DNA from: the human T2T-CHM13v2.0 reference genome, Homo sapiens
Strand: one strand, 5' to 3'
Assembly: GCF_009914755.1 (NCBI RefSeq)
Contig: NC_060926.1
DNA length: 64,000 bases
Below, piece by piece: positions 25,811 through 38,655 of the stretch. A program made the translations under genes and the position numbers. A model generated the notes under the pieces. The model saw only the letters and a program-made list of their open reading frames with translations, did no database searches and was not told the DNA's origin. Each line of letters opens with the position of its first letter. The first letter of the stretch is position 1.

Positions 25811-28404
25811 TGATATGGGTGTTTAGCCTATGAAATTTTCTCTTAACACTGCGTTAGCCATGTCCCAAACATTCTGTATGTTTTATTTTTATTTTTATTA
25901 GTTTCAAAGAATTTCCTGATATTCTAGCTTAATTTCATTGTTTACCCAGAAATCATTCAGGAGCAGGTTGTTTAATTTTTATGTAATTGTATGGTTTTGA
26001 ACAATCTTCTTACTATTTCTGTTTTTATTGTGTTGTGGTCTAAGCATGGGGTTAGCATGATTTCATTCCTTTTTCTAATGTACTAAGAATTGTTTTATGG
26101 CTGATTGGTTGATTTTAAAGTACGTGCCATGTGAAGATTAGAAAAATGTGTATTCTGTTGCTGTTGGATGGAAAGTTCTGTAGATATATATTAGGTCTAT
26201 TTGGTTAAATATTGAGTTCTGGTCCCTGTTAGTTTTCTTCCTCGATAATCTGTCTACAAGTGTCAGTGTGGTGTTAAAATCTCCCACTATTATTACATGC
26301 TTATCTAAGTCTCTTTTCAGATGTCTAAGAACTTGTTTTATGAACCTGATTGATCCTGTGTTGAGTGTGTATATTTTTAGAATAGTTAAGTCTTCTTGTT
26401 GAATTAAACCCTTTACCACTATATAATGACCATTTTTGTCCTTTTTTATCATTGTTGGTTTAAATCCTGTTTTGTCTGAAATTAGAATAGCAATCCCTGC
26501 ACTATTTTTGTTTTCCATTTGATAGGTAGATTTTCTCCATCACTTTACTTTGAGCCTGTGGGTGTCACTGCATGTGAGATGGGTCTCTTGAAGACAGCAT
26601 ACCACTGGGTCTTGCTTCTTTATACAGCTTGCCACTCTATGCCTTTTTACTGAGGCATTTCACCCATTTACATTAAATGTTAATATTGTTATATGCAGAT
26701 TTGATCGTGTCATGTTGTTAGCTCATTATTATGCAGATTTGATTGTGTAGTTGCTTTATGGTGTCGATTGCCTATGTACTGAATTCTGTTTTTGTGGTGG
26801 CTAGTAGTGGCCTTTTGTTTCCGTATTTAGCACTCCCTTAAGGACATTTCCTAAGGCAAGTCTGGTGGTAACAAATTTTCTTAGCATTTGCTTGTCTGAA
26901 AAAAAATTCTTTCCTTATAAAGCTTAGTTTGGCTGGATACGAAATTCTTGTTTAGAATTTCTTTTCTCTAAGAATGTTGTATATAGGCCTTCAAATCTTT
27001 TCTGGCTTGTAGGGTTTCTGCTGAAACATCAGCTGTTACCCTGATGAAGTTCTCTTTTTAGATGATCTGACTCTTCTTTCTAGCTGCCTTTAAGATTTTT
27101 TTCTTTCATGCCAACCTTGGAGAATCTGATGACTGTGTATCTTGGGGATGGTTATCTTGTATAGTATCTTGTAGGAGCTCTCTACATTTCCTGGATTTTG
27201 AAAGTCAACCTCTCTATCAAGGTTGGAGACATTTTCATGGATGATATCCTCAACTATATTTTCCAAGTTGGTTGTTTTCTCTCCCTTTCTTTTAGGGATG
27301 CCAATGAGTCTTAGATTCAGTCTCTTTACATGGTCTCATATTTCTTTGAGAATTTGTTCATTGTAAAAAATTATTTTCATCTAACTTTATTTAGTTTGGA
27401 GAACCAGCCTTTGAGCTCTGAGATTCTTTCCTCAGCTTGGTCAATTCTGCTGTTAATACTTGCAAGTATATTATGAAATACTTATAGTGTGTTTTTCAGC
27501 TTTATTAGATCAGTTTGGTTCTTCCTTAGAATGGCCATTTCATTCTTTAGCTCCTTTATCATTGTATTGTACTCCTTAGATTACTTGGATTGGGTTTTGA
27601 CCTGTTTCTGAATCTCAATCATATTTATCCCTATCCATATTCTAAATTCTATGTCTGTCATTCCAACCATTTCAGCCTGGTTAAGAACCATTGCTGGGGA
27701 ACTAGTGTAGTTATGTGGAAGAATGAAAACATTGTGGATTTTTGAATTGCCAGAGTTCTTGTGCTGGTTCTTTCTTATCTCTGTGAGCTGATGGTCCTTT
27801 AACTGTGGTTTAATTTGAGCATAGTCAGTTGAACTTCATTTCTGGATATTTTCAGAGAGCAGAGGCTTTGCGCTAGGCCTTTATTTGGAGCTGAATTCTT
27901 GTCCTTGGTTTCATGGAATGGGTATATTAGCAAAGGTTTTTGGTTTCCTGGGGTGGGTATATTAGCAAAGGTTTTTGGTATTGAAGTTTGGGCTGCAATC
28001 TACTGGATGACATTTAGGTGTAAGGGCCAGTAGGTGGGCTCCTGCTCAGCCATGTGGCTTCTCTATATTTTCTCATGTTTGTAGCCATGCTTTCTCTCCC
28101 AGTGCCCTGAGGGCATGGGATTCTCTTCCACTTGAATTCTGGCTCCGGATCTTGGCTTGACATTCCCGGCCTGCATACTGCAGTGGTGAGGTGAGCTGAG
28201 GCTTTATCTTTCCTCCTCAGCTTGGAGGCAGGAGGGGCAGTGACCTTGGCAGTGGCAATAGCAGAGGACCCTTTATGTGTCTCCTGTGGCTCCTCCCCAG
28301 AGAAAAGCATAGCTGATAACAATTGGAGCAATCAGCCGAGTGTGGGATCACTGCATTGTGGGCGCAAGCTGGAGGGTCCTGCCTAGTGACACCTACTCTC
28401 AATT

Positions 28405-28481
28405 TCCAAACTTACTTCATTTTGGACCAGCAAGAAAGATGGAAAGATAGTATTACACAGACCACACTTTGAGTAGTACTG
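28405..28481. mobile_element. hAT-Charlie (MER5-type TIR) fragment; other part probably at about 21800-21925
   Basis: Ends GACCACACTTTGAGTAGTACTG; becomes contiguous with the left flank once the L1 and one TSD copy are removed. Confidence 0.5.
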
Positions 28482-28558
28482 GCATATATTCTTTGACATA
28501 TTTCCCATTGTCCAAAACACAATAACATCATCTTAAACTAAGTGCAAGAGAGGCTGGT

Positions 28559-28980
28559 TGTCTGAGTTCATTTGTGTTGTTATAAAGAAATATCTCAGAC
28601 TAGGTAATTTATAAAGAAATGATGTTTATTTGGCTTAAGGTTCTACAGGCTATACAAGCATGGTGCCATCATCTTCTTCTGGTGAAGGCTTCAGGCTACT
28701 TGTACTCATGATGGTAGGGAAAGGGGAGGCAGCATGTTCATAGATCACATGAAGAGAGAGACAAAAAGAGTTGAGGGGGGCAGGTTCTAGGTTCTTTGAA
28801 ACAAACTGCTCTCACAGGAACTAATAAAGGGATCACTCACTCATTATAGCAAGAAAGCCACCAAGCCATTTATGATGGATCAGCCCCCATGAACCAAACA
28901 CCCCTCATTAGGCCCCACCTCCAACACTGGAGATCAAATTTTAATATGAAATTTGGAGAGGTGAAATATCCAAACCATGG
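28559..28980 (-). mobile_element. MST (MSTB-like) MaLR solo LTR
   Basis: GGTAATTTATAAAGAAA...GGCCCCACCTCCAACACTGG...ATATCCAAACCATG. Confidence 0.88.
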
Positions 28981-29559
28981 ACTGGGAAACGCTTATTTTT
29001 GTGCCCACAAAAAAGAAATAGATTACTATGCATGTAGTCCATCTCTACTATACAGCTGCAATAAACTTAAATTTATTACACACGTTACAGTCTTTTTTAA
29101 CAAACTCTTACCTGAATAATACAATCTAAATATATTTGCATGACTAATTTAGACATGATTTGACATGTTTCTATAACTCTTTTAATTTTTCTAAGCACTT
29201 AGTGTCCTATACTACAAATACTTTTTATATATCTCATTTTTCCACTAAATTACCAATAGCCAGGACCCTTCCAACTAATAGTGCAGTGTTGTTTGGCACA
29301 TAGAAAACTTTCAGTAGATGTGTGTAACCTGAATTATTTATCATTGAGCATGATAGTATTGACAGTGTTATTTGATATTTTAGACAGTTCCTTCTACCGT
29401 CAGGTTGAAGGAAGAATTGATAAGAAAGTTGGCAAGACTAAAAGTAAAGAATGTCACTTGGGAAATAAATTTTAGTAATACTAATTAAATATATTAGAGT
29501 CTTAATTAAAAGAGTGTGGGGATAAAAGTGTGGAGTTAGTTTCAACAAAGTTTCCAGAG

Positions 29560-29765
29560 TTTTATTAAATAAGGACTCTTTCACTGATTGGTAATGTAGA
29601 ATGAAGAATGGCTCTGAGATTTCTAGTTTTTAGGACTGATTTCATTTGATCTTATTGACATAGAGGAACATAGGAGGATGAATGGGTTTGAGTGGAAAAG
29701 TAGAATAATGTTCTCAGTTTGTGACATGCTGAGCTTGAAGCACCTGCAGAATAATGTACTGTAGC
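29560..29765 (-). mobile_element. L2 fragment
   Basis: TTCTCAGTTTGTGACATGCTGAGCTTGAAGCACCTG. Confidence 0.6.
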
Positions 29766-31021
29766 TTTTGTGATCTTCACATTGTGAAGTCTGTCTGGTC
29801 CTTTGTAAACAAAAGAGAAGGACTATTATAATCACGAGTTATAATACATTCCCTCCACTTCTGTTTGAAAAGCCTCCTCAATTTTTAAAATACATAGTTA
29901 TAAAAGAGAAATTCTAAACTCTATAGTTGAGCTGTAGAACATTGTCCCTTTGAAGGGTAGAGATAAGCAGACCAGGGGTTAGAAGAAGCATGATACGGAT
30001 CATTCTGGCTGCCTTTCCACCCACACCTCCAGTCCTCTAAGACTAGATGAGGGACCTTTGCCTCCCAATCCCTTTGTTCTGATTTCTCATGACTCTCATG
30101 CCCACTTCTGACTAAGTCCACTTCCCATATTTCCTACATTCCCACAAATTCCCCTCCTGAATTGAAAGTTTCCACTCTCTCCTCTGAATTCTGAAAGCTC
30201 TTTGTTAACACCTTCATCACTGCATGCACATTATTTTTCTTTGTATTCTTGTTATTTATGTGCTTATCAATCCCACTAGTGGGTTATCAAGGGTTTTTTT
30301 TTTGTTTGTTTATTGTCATATTAAAGGACAAAACCACTGTTTTATTTAACTATGTATACCCAGAAATATCTATAAAAATGTGTAAAAAATGTTGCACATC
30401 AATGATTGTATTCTGAATTCACTTAAATTATTCAGGAATTTATTGTCGATGCCCCAAAGGAGAAGATTTGAGGTGAGAATATAAGAGCACCAATCAGAAA
30501 ATAAATGATAGGCATTGGAAGAAAGGTAGCGAATTGCATTTTCTTACTATTGTATTTTCACTTGAGGGTACTTGTCATGGATTAAACAATCTCTCTTTGC
30601 CTCTTATACATTTCTCCTTGTGGCAGGAGAAGTATGTTATCTAGTTGATAATTTTTGAAAAAAAAAAAAAGAAATGAGTCTGGTTCACTCTCAACTCTCC
30701 CATTTTGTTTTATTTTGATTTGTTTCCAGTCTCTTGCTTTCAGATCTGTTTGGCTGGAGAGAAAGTGAATTCTAGTTTACTCTTCTTTCATGAGGTAGTT
30801 TATCAAGTAAAGTTCTTCCTTTACCAGGGATGCCTGACATATACCATGTTAAGCATGGGGAAAGTAAAGTGGTTTGATTCAGTGAGAGATCTGTGAGCCC
30901 ATTTAGCCACTGGGCAAAAACTACATTCTCTGGTCAGCTTCATGAGAAATGGAGCTGGTATTTTAATAGCCATATGCTATGTTTTATTTTTCATTGATTC
31001 CCAATTCAGAAGTGCAAGTAT

Positions 31022-31576
31022 TGTGGGAAGAATTTTAAGATGACCTCTAAGAATTCCTATTTACTCCCCTGGTATTCATGCCTGGGACTTTGAATATGAT
31101 GGGCTTTACCTTCCATGATTAGATTATGTTACAATATTCAGTTTACCTTAGATAGGAAGATTATCCATGTGGGCATGATTTAATCACACGAACCATTTGA
31201 AAGCATAAAGTATTTTTTTCTAACTGGTAGTAGAACAGGTAATCCGAGATTTAAAGCAGAAGGATTAAATGTTCCCTCACTGGCTTAAAGATGAAGGTGA
31301 TCATGTGTCAAGCAATATAGATGGCGTCTAGGAATTGACAGCAGCCCTCAGTGGGCAACCAACAAGAAAACTGGGACCTCAGTTCCACAACCATAAGAAG
31401 CTGAGGTATGCCAATAAATATTGGGCTCAGAAGATGATTTTCCCCAAAATCTTCCATGTAAGAACTCAGACAATCTCATACCTTGATTTCAACTTTGTGA
31501 TACTTTAAGCAGAGAACTCGGTCATTCATGCTAGGCTTCTGATTTACAGAACTGTGAGCTAATAAATGAGTGTTAC
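31022..31576 (+). mobile_element. MLT1 (D/E/F-like) MaLR solo LTR
   Basis: TGTGGGAAGAATTTTAAGATGACC...GGGACCTCAGTTCCACAACCATAAGAAGCTGA...ACAGAACTGTGAGCTAATAAATG. Confidence 0.82.
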
Positions 31577-32947
31577 ACATGTATAGTTTTTAAACATTTA
31601 AACAATTTACAAAAATAAGATTCTGGGACAATAGAGACCATAACTTAATTTTTGAATCTCTTTAAATTCCCCCATAAAGATGAAGAAGTAGGGCAGTAAA
31701 ACCAAAACCTCATGAACACAATTTACGACAAACTAGGTAACAAGATAACTCCCTGTGAACCAGAAATATATGTTTTGCAAGAACAAAATCATAGCTTTCA
31801 GCATCTGGGAACAAGGAAGGAGAAAGATGGCAACTGGGCTTGCAATGGCCCTCTTCAACAGCTGCACATTGGATAGTGTGGCAGGTCAATCTGAAAACAG
31901 AAGCCAAAATGAGCAGGGGATTCTGCAGAATCCAGGATCCAGTTGTGTAGCAGTGAGGTGACCAGGATTACATATGGCCTGCCAGTGCTGGAGCATACTA
32001 GAGTGCTTTTACCCTTTTACTTTTTTTTTTTTTTAATCCACTGCAGTACATATTGAAAAGCACTTTTGATCTAGAACTTAAAGTTCCCTAGATCTGAAAA
32101 TTTTTCTTGATTTATTTCCTTAATAGTTTCCCCTCCATTTTTTCTGTTTGTTCTTTCTCTATTGACTCTCTACTTTTTGTCTATCTTCTTAATTACTTGA
32201 CACTTTGTCTTTTTATTATATTTTTAGCATTATCCTTTAAAATTACTATTGTTTAAATTTCTGTTTATATATTTTTGATTTCCAACAATATTTAACTTTT
32301 CATGAATGCTAAACCTCCTCATATGCATGCCGTCTTTTCCTCTTACTCCCCCAGGTTATTATACATAGTTGTTTGCTGGTTGCTGTCATCATTTTATATT
32401 GTATTTTTTTGATCTCTTAATATTTTCAATTTTCTCTGAGTTCCTTTTTTTTGTCTTTTACTTTAGAAATTTTGGGGATTTAGAAAGACAATATAGATCT
32501 TTTTTTCATTTTCTAGAAATTTAGAAATAATTGAGAAATAAGATACATGGGGCAGATAAATGGAGATCAAAGTGATAGTTATAATGCTGATAAAACCAAC
32601 CAGAAACTATTTTTATCTCCAGCCAAGAAGATTCACTAATATTGTCTGCTCCCTCTACAGTCCACAGTTTTGGGTCTACAAGTGGCTATGCTTCCCCAGG
32701 ATTGCTGGTTTGTCCAAGTACAGATTGATGGTGGAAAAGAGGAATTTATCAGTAACTGATGATTACTTATATATTACAAACTCTCAAACTGTAAATGAGG
32801 ATCAATGGATATCACTCTGCAATTACTCCGATTATCATGAAGTGTTAAAAAAAAAAAAGATATGAGGAGCTACGTTTCTTGCTTTTTGGATACCTTACTA
32901 CAGGAAAATATTAGGCCAGATGATAGGAAGTCCCTAGATAATTCCTT

Positions 32948-32950
<3 letters not shown>

Positions 32951-33002
<52 letters not shown>
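32951..33002. repeat. (TA)26 microsatellite
   Basis: Uninterrupted TA run read directly. Confidence 0.98.
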
Positions 33003-33305
<303 letters not shown>

Positions 33306-34311
33306 AAAAGTTTTTTCAAATACTTCATGATTTTGCTTTCCATTCTTATTTATGTGTAAATCACTAAGATGTTGATTGAACCTCACAGTATAAGGGTGAA
33401 GTTTGGATACTACAAACCACACCAGAGTGATATGGCAGGTCAAATTTAGGGGAAATTCTAAGTCTTGTATACTATTTTAGCTCAACCTGCTACGACAACA
33501 ATAAACCCTTCACCACTTTCAAACAGTTTGGCTACTTAATGTCATTAATGCTTCATGACTTTTATAACTATTTGGCACCTTAACTATTAGTTTTTCTGGG
33601 GTTCTTTCATATAAATCAGCCTGCCTCTGGTTCACATTTGAGGTATCTCCCATCTGGGTGTCATTTATTCCTATGTATCTGCTTTCCAATTTATAAAACC
33701 ATGTTGCTCCTTCTTTGTCATTATCTTTGTGGGTTGTTGAACATCCATTTACTGTCACTGTATTGGCATTCCAGGACAGAGGTAAGGTAAATGCATTTGT
33801 TCGACCTACCAAGTTTAACCACAAGTTTGACCTCAACATTTAGGGTGCAGAGACTCAAGATATTTGTCTCCAAGCATAGAGAGATGGCAGCTGTCTCTCA
33901 GAGCGAATTCCTGCACATAATACACTTACATGAAGCATACTTGTTGTGTATGTCCATTGTTTGCTGCTTACCAAAACGATTGTCCCTCTAGAAGTAGCCT
34001 AATAGATTTCAGAAAATACTGCCCTGAAGGAAAAAGTTTGGAACAGCACGTGGTTACCTTTGAGAATGTAATTGGTGGAGGGATATTAGTGGTGACAGGA
34101 AACTTGCTCTTTCTTGTGTATATGTTTATGTTTATTGCATATCTTTATGATTAAAACTGCATATATATGGTTAAAATTAAAAAGATAAATTTAACAATAT
34201 TTTTCCCACTAAAAGGTAGGAGAAAGTAAAGTAGAAATGACAGAAAGAAACAAGGACTCCTCGTTAATACAGAGCTACACTCAAGTAACTGAACAGCCAT
34301 TTCATCCATAG

Positions 34312-34366
34312 TGATGATGATGATGATGGCAATGATGACAATGATGACAGCAGCAATGAAGATGAC
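34312..34366. repeat. Degenerate (GAT/GAC/CAG)n trinucleotide tract
   Basis: TGATGATGATGATGATGGCAATGATGACAATGATGACAGCAGCAATGAAGATGAC. Confidence 0.85.
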
Positions 34367-35369
34367 TATTGCTTTCAGTTTTACTTTGGATTTGAATAGC
34401 ATTTGGGTTTTGCTGCTGACTGCCCGAAAATCTCACCTTTTCTCTCAGTTCTAACTAAGCTTTGGTCATGCTTCTTTGCTAAATACCAATGAAATTCAAA
34501 GATCTTTGCAACTTTAAGATGTAACAAAATTCAGTGCAAAGCCTGGCTTATATAACTTTGAATTCAGACCTTGACAACCAGACAGGATTTATCTCATGCA
34601 TATGTATTAATTTTAAGTGCTTTTCTGTAACAGTCATTTGACATTTAATATACCATAATTGTATTATTAAATTTAAATGCATATTTGCAATTCTAAAAGC
34701 ACTACTGAACTTTATGGGTGAAAAATACATTCTCCTTCACCTTGGTCCCTTACCAACTGCCAGTTCTTCTCTAGGTTGCATTCTGTCTGCTACCCTTACC
34801 CCGATGGCATTCCCTCTTCTTTCCTCAACCTCAAATTCTCAACTTAGTTTCTCTTTCAATTTTTTAATGTGTTCCCCTCTCCTCTCTCTGTGATTCATGG
34901 TCATTCACTCTCAACTTCATCTTTCTTCTTCTGGCATGGAAATGTCCTTTGCTTCTGTTTTCTCCAATAGTCTCTCATGCAGTCAAATCCCTCACTCCCC
35001 TGTGGAGCAGTTTCAGGATGCTGCAGTGACTTTGACTCATCATCCATGAGCTTTAACCATAGTCCAGGGGAGCATTTTCCAAACATTAAAATGACCTGTC
35101 ATTGAAAACGGCTTTCTTAAGTGGTAATGAGCTCCCAATCGTAGTCCCTTCAGGAGGGGACTAAAAGGGATGCTGAGACTGGGAAGTCGGTAAAACATGA
35201 CCTGAGATACCTTTGAGCATCTTTCTTCTTCAGGACATAGCATCTCTCTTCTTAATCCCTTTGCTGTAACAGCTAATTTTAAAAGTGCTGCCAGAGCTCT
35301 AGCTCTTCACTAATAACTCTTTATTTATACCACTTATAATTTCCAGTGTGAAATAAGTCTTAGACATCA

Positions 35370-35510
35370 TTAATTCAACACCAGCATTTTTAATAGAAAG
35401 AAAACAGAGGCCCAGAGAAGTTAAGTCTTGGCTCAATATCTGGTGGAACAGTGGTGCAGTTGACACCAGGAGCCTGGTCTATGATTCACACTCGAATTCC
35501 TTCCTGTCAC
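35370..35510 (-). mobile_element. MIR SINE
   Basis: GAAAACAGAGGCCCAGAGAAGTTAAG core. Confidence 0.7.
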
Positions 35511-35599
35511 TGCATCTCCTTTCCCATTTCCCTCATCTTTGGCCACACAAGTCTGGGGTGAGCACCCTAATTATGACCTTTTATTTTATGGCTCTGTTG

Positions 35600-35965
35600 T
35601 TTCTATACACTAGCATCTGCTCTTTGCACTGTCAGGTGCAATGTTCCCAACTTTCCCTTAGATACTTAGGTCTCAGTTATCCTTTAACATGAAACTCAAG
35701 AATTATCATTTCAGAAAACCTTTCTTGATCCTCCTCCAGGACTTCTCTCCCTCTGTTTGTCTTAGGTGTCATGCTCCTCCTATTAGCACCCTGAATTTAG
35801 TTCTCTTTGTGCTTAATCCCATATTATGGAATGTCCTGTATATTAACTATCACTCCTACCAGAATATAAGCCACTGGAGATCAAGGCCTGTGTATCATTC
35901 AAATTTCGATTTCCACAACCTGGCACAGTGCCTGCCATAGACAAATTTCAAAATGTTTGTTGATT
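35600..35965 (+). mobile_element. L2 3' end
   Basis: CAACCTGGCACAGTGCCTGCCATAG...AAATGTTTGTTGA. Confidence 0.75.
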
Positions 35966-36774
35966 TCAGAAATTAATGTTACTTATCTCACCACTTCTCA
36001 TAAACCCTTTTTAACACTGCTAAGCTTTATCAGTAAAAATATATTGTCATTCTTGGTTCCTTACAATCTGCCAGTTCTTCTCCAGGCTTTTGTCTGCCTG
36101 CCTGTCTTATCCTGATTGGAATCCCATTTTCTTTCCTCACCTTCAGCTCCTCAGCTTTCTTCATTTTCTCATTTTTTAGTGCTCTTTGTTCTTCTCCTTC
36201 TATAATTTATGTTCACTTACGCTCAGTTGCTACTTTCTTTTTTGAGAAAAAAGAAAATTTGCATTCTATGTAGAAATGTCCAGTGCTTCTGATGACTGCA
36301 ATACATACTTTCCTATTAGTCCCGCCACAGACATATCTTCCACTCACCAGGTAGGACAGTTTCCTTCTCAAGAGGGACATTGTCCTGTTATTTTCTGATC
36401 CTCAGGGTGGGGAAGAGTTGATTTCAATCAGACCCCAGTTTCTCTGATTTTACTGTTATCTGTCACCTTCATAAAACTATTCTAGGAAGATTCTCAGAGG
36501 ATCTAACGATATGACCTCGTCCTTATCTCTTTCATGTTCTGCCAAAATTCGTGACCTGGACACCTAATGAAGATGTGGTAAATAGGTACTACTGCTTTTT
36601 TCCTTCTTTCTAGAAATTTCCAACGTTTCTGTTCATTGCAAAATAGTTTTTTCCCAATCAACCCCTCACACAGACACATCTTACCCTGTGGGACAGTTTT
36701 ATGATGTTACAGTGACCGTCTTCTGCTTCTTTGAGTTTTCAATATAGTATGCGGGATTATTTTTCAAAAGTCCT

Positions 36775-37117
36775 CTGTCATAGAAAAGATGTTATTTTTC
36801 CTCCTATTGGTGCCCCTCCTTAGAGGAAAATTATATTTTCCATGTGTCTTGCTTTGGCTAAAAATATGTGAGAAGAGTGATGTGTGTCTCTTCTGAGTAG
36901 GTATTTTCCTAGTTTACCATGATCCCTTTTTCTTCTGACATAAGACTAGCAAGAGTCAAGACAGAGATTGGTCCATTAACATGCTCCTAGAAGTGAAGAT
37001 GACATGGAACAAAACCCCAACTAACCCATTACAAGCATGCAGCATGAGCAAAAAATAACTTGTGTTAACGTAAGCCACTGGTATTGTGGCTATAACCAAG
37101 CCTATCCTGACAAATAC
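36775..37117 (+). mobile_element. MLT1 (H/I/J-like) solo LTR
   Basis: GTCTTGCTTTGGCTAAAATATGTGAG...TAAGCCACTG...CCTATCCTGACAAATACA. Confidence 0.72.
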
Positions 37118-38414
37118 ATGTAGGAAGAATGCAAGAATGCACTTTTAGCTGATGTGACAAATGGAAACAATTGTGCAGTGCATTTCCGTTCAATATGTGT
37201 ATATTTTTCTGTAGTCAGAGAAAGGCCATGATAATTCACTACAGACAGTGTTTGATCAATTTTCTGCTGTAGCCATCTTGTCTGATGGTTTGGGCATTAT
37301 CAGGGGAGGGCCTAGAGGCCTAGTGGGACTCTTGTCTGTGGCGTGCTACACTAAGTCTCAAGAAAGAAAGACTACTGTGGAATGATAGCTGAATTGAGGG
37401 AAGAAATTAAGAGTTTCAATATCAAACCAAACCAATAATGATTGAGCCTAAGGGACTGGATAATAGTCTTAAAAATCTAATAAGCATAGTCTAATTTCTC
37501 CAGTTTAGTTTTCCTATAACACATATTCAAATGTCAAATACATTCTGCTAGGATAAGTAAAAGAGGCTTGATATCATATGCCATATTTTTCCAGCAGGTC
37601 ATCTGGATGGAAAAATGTACAAAATGTATCGAGCTTTAATGAAGCTTAGAAAAGTTCATGGATGACACACCAATAAACAGTGACTAGAGAAAGACAGACC
37701 AACTTTGAGCTTCAGAGATCCAGAACAGGAAAAAAAGGTCACCTTGTGCACCCCTTCTAAGATGGCACACCCTCCACTAGGTGGACACGAAATGGAAGCT
37801 AGGGTGGCATTTATACTCTTCTTAAAATAGCAAAAGAATTTGTCATTCAACTGGTAGCAGATTTTCTTTTTGCCTTTACACTTGCTACGTGAAAGCTGCC
37901 TTTATATGAGTGTCACCAGCTTGTCATTTTATAAATCACTGCTGCCTTGCCAAATAGATATGTGCATCGGTAAGACTGTCCTTTTTTGCATAAGTCTCAT
38001 AAATCAACATCACTGAACAATTCTCAGCATAGGTAGTCTTTTAAATTTAAAATTGGGATACATAAAAAAGACTGTGATGTGGAAAAAAATCTCTTAAGAA
38101 ATTATGTGTGTTTGTTTGCGAGAGTGAAAAAAAAGAGAGATTGAGCCAGAGAGAAAGTTTCCCTCATTCAGATGCTCTGAGTTATGAGCCAGAAGGCGCA
38201 GCAATGCTTGAAGGAGAAGAACAAAGGTGGAGTTTTACTTTGTAGGGTGGTAAAGGTTTGCATTTTATGACCCCTGGAAAGGGTCCTCTTTGAAGTCACC
38301 TCAAGTATCACTGGACTCACTAGCCTTCCCTAAAATACATGTTTACAAGAAAAAGAACGTGATGAATGTGATGTCCAAAGAAGGTGACAAATGGATTAAT
38401 TTCAACTAAAAACA

Positions 38415-38655
38415 GTGATAACTTCAGCTTATTAAGTGCTTACTCTGGGTTGCATACTTCCTAAACACCTTTCTACAAGAACACATTCAATCCTCACCAG
38501 AAATATCCAAGATGGGCACTATTGTCACTGTCTTTTCATAGAAAAGGAAACTCAGGCATGGAGCTATTATTAAGTAACTTGGATAAGGTGACACAGTTGA
38601 TAAGTGGCAGAGCTGGGTTTGGACACAGACATTCTGACTCCAGGGTTCATGCTTC
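38415..38655 (-). mobile_element. MIR SINE
   Basis: TTAAGTAACTTGGATAAGGTGACACAGTTGATAAGTGGCAGAGCTGGGTTTGG...TCTGACTCCAG. Confidence 0.85.

Larger units (their letters stand above)
21926..28392 (-). mobile_element. Near full-length old L1PA (PA15/16-like) with nested insertions
   Basis: 3'UTR, ORF2 (endonuclease remnant ORF 26138..26518 with IIVGDFNT), ORF1 and part of the 5'UTR in order; 12-bp TSD CTACTCTCAATT at 21914-21925 and 28393-28404. Confidence 0.92.

Noticed and set aside
34151-34402. Apparent transmembrane peptide (IAAVIIVIIAIIIII)
   Set aside because: Product of the (ATC)n simple repeat
34901-35086. RING/TRIM-like impression from CMRDYW...FPCQ
   Set aside because: Cys/His spacing is incomplete and part of the frame overlaps an L3-like fragment
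37770-37790. CTCF-like CCACTAGGTGGACAC
   Set aside because: Lacks the near-invariant C after GG; cannot be supported without ChIP
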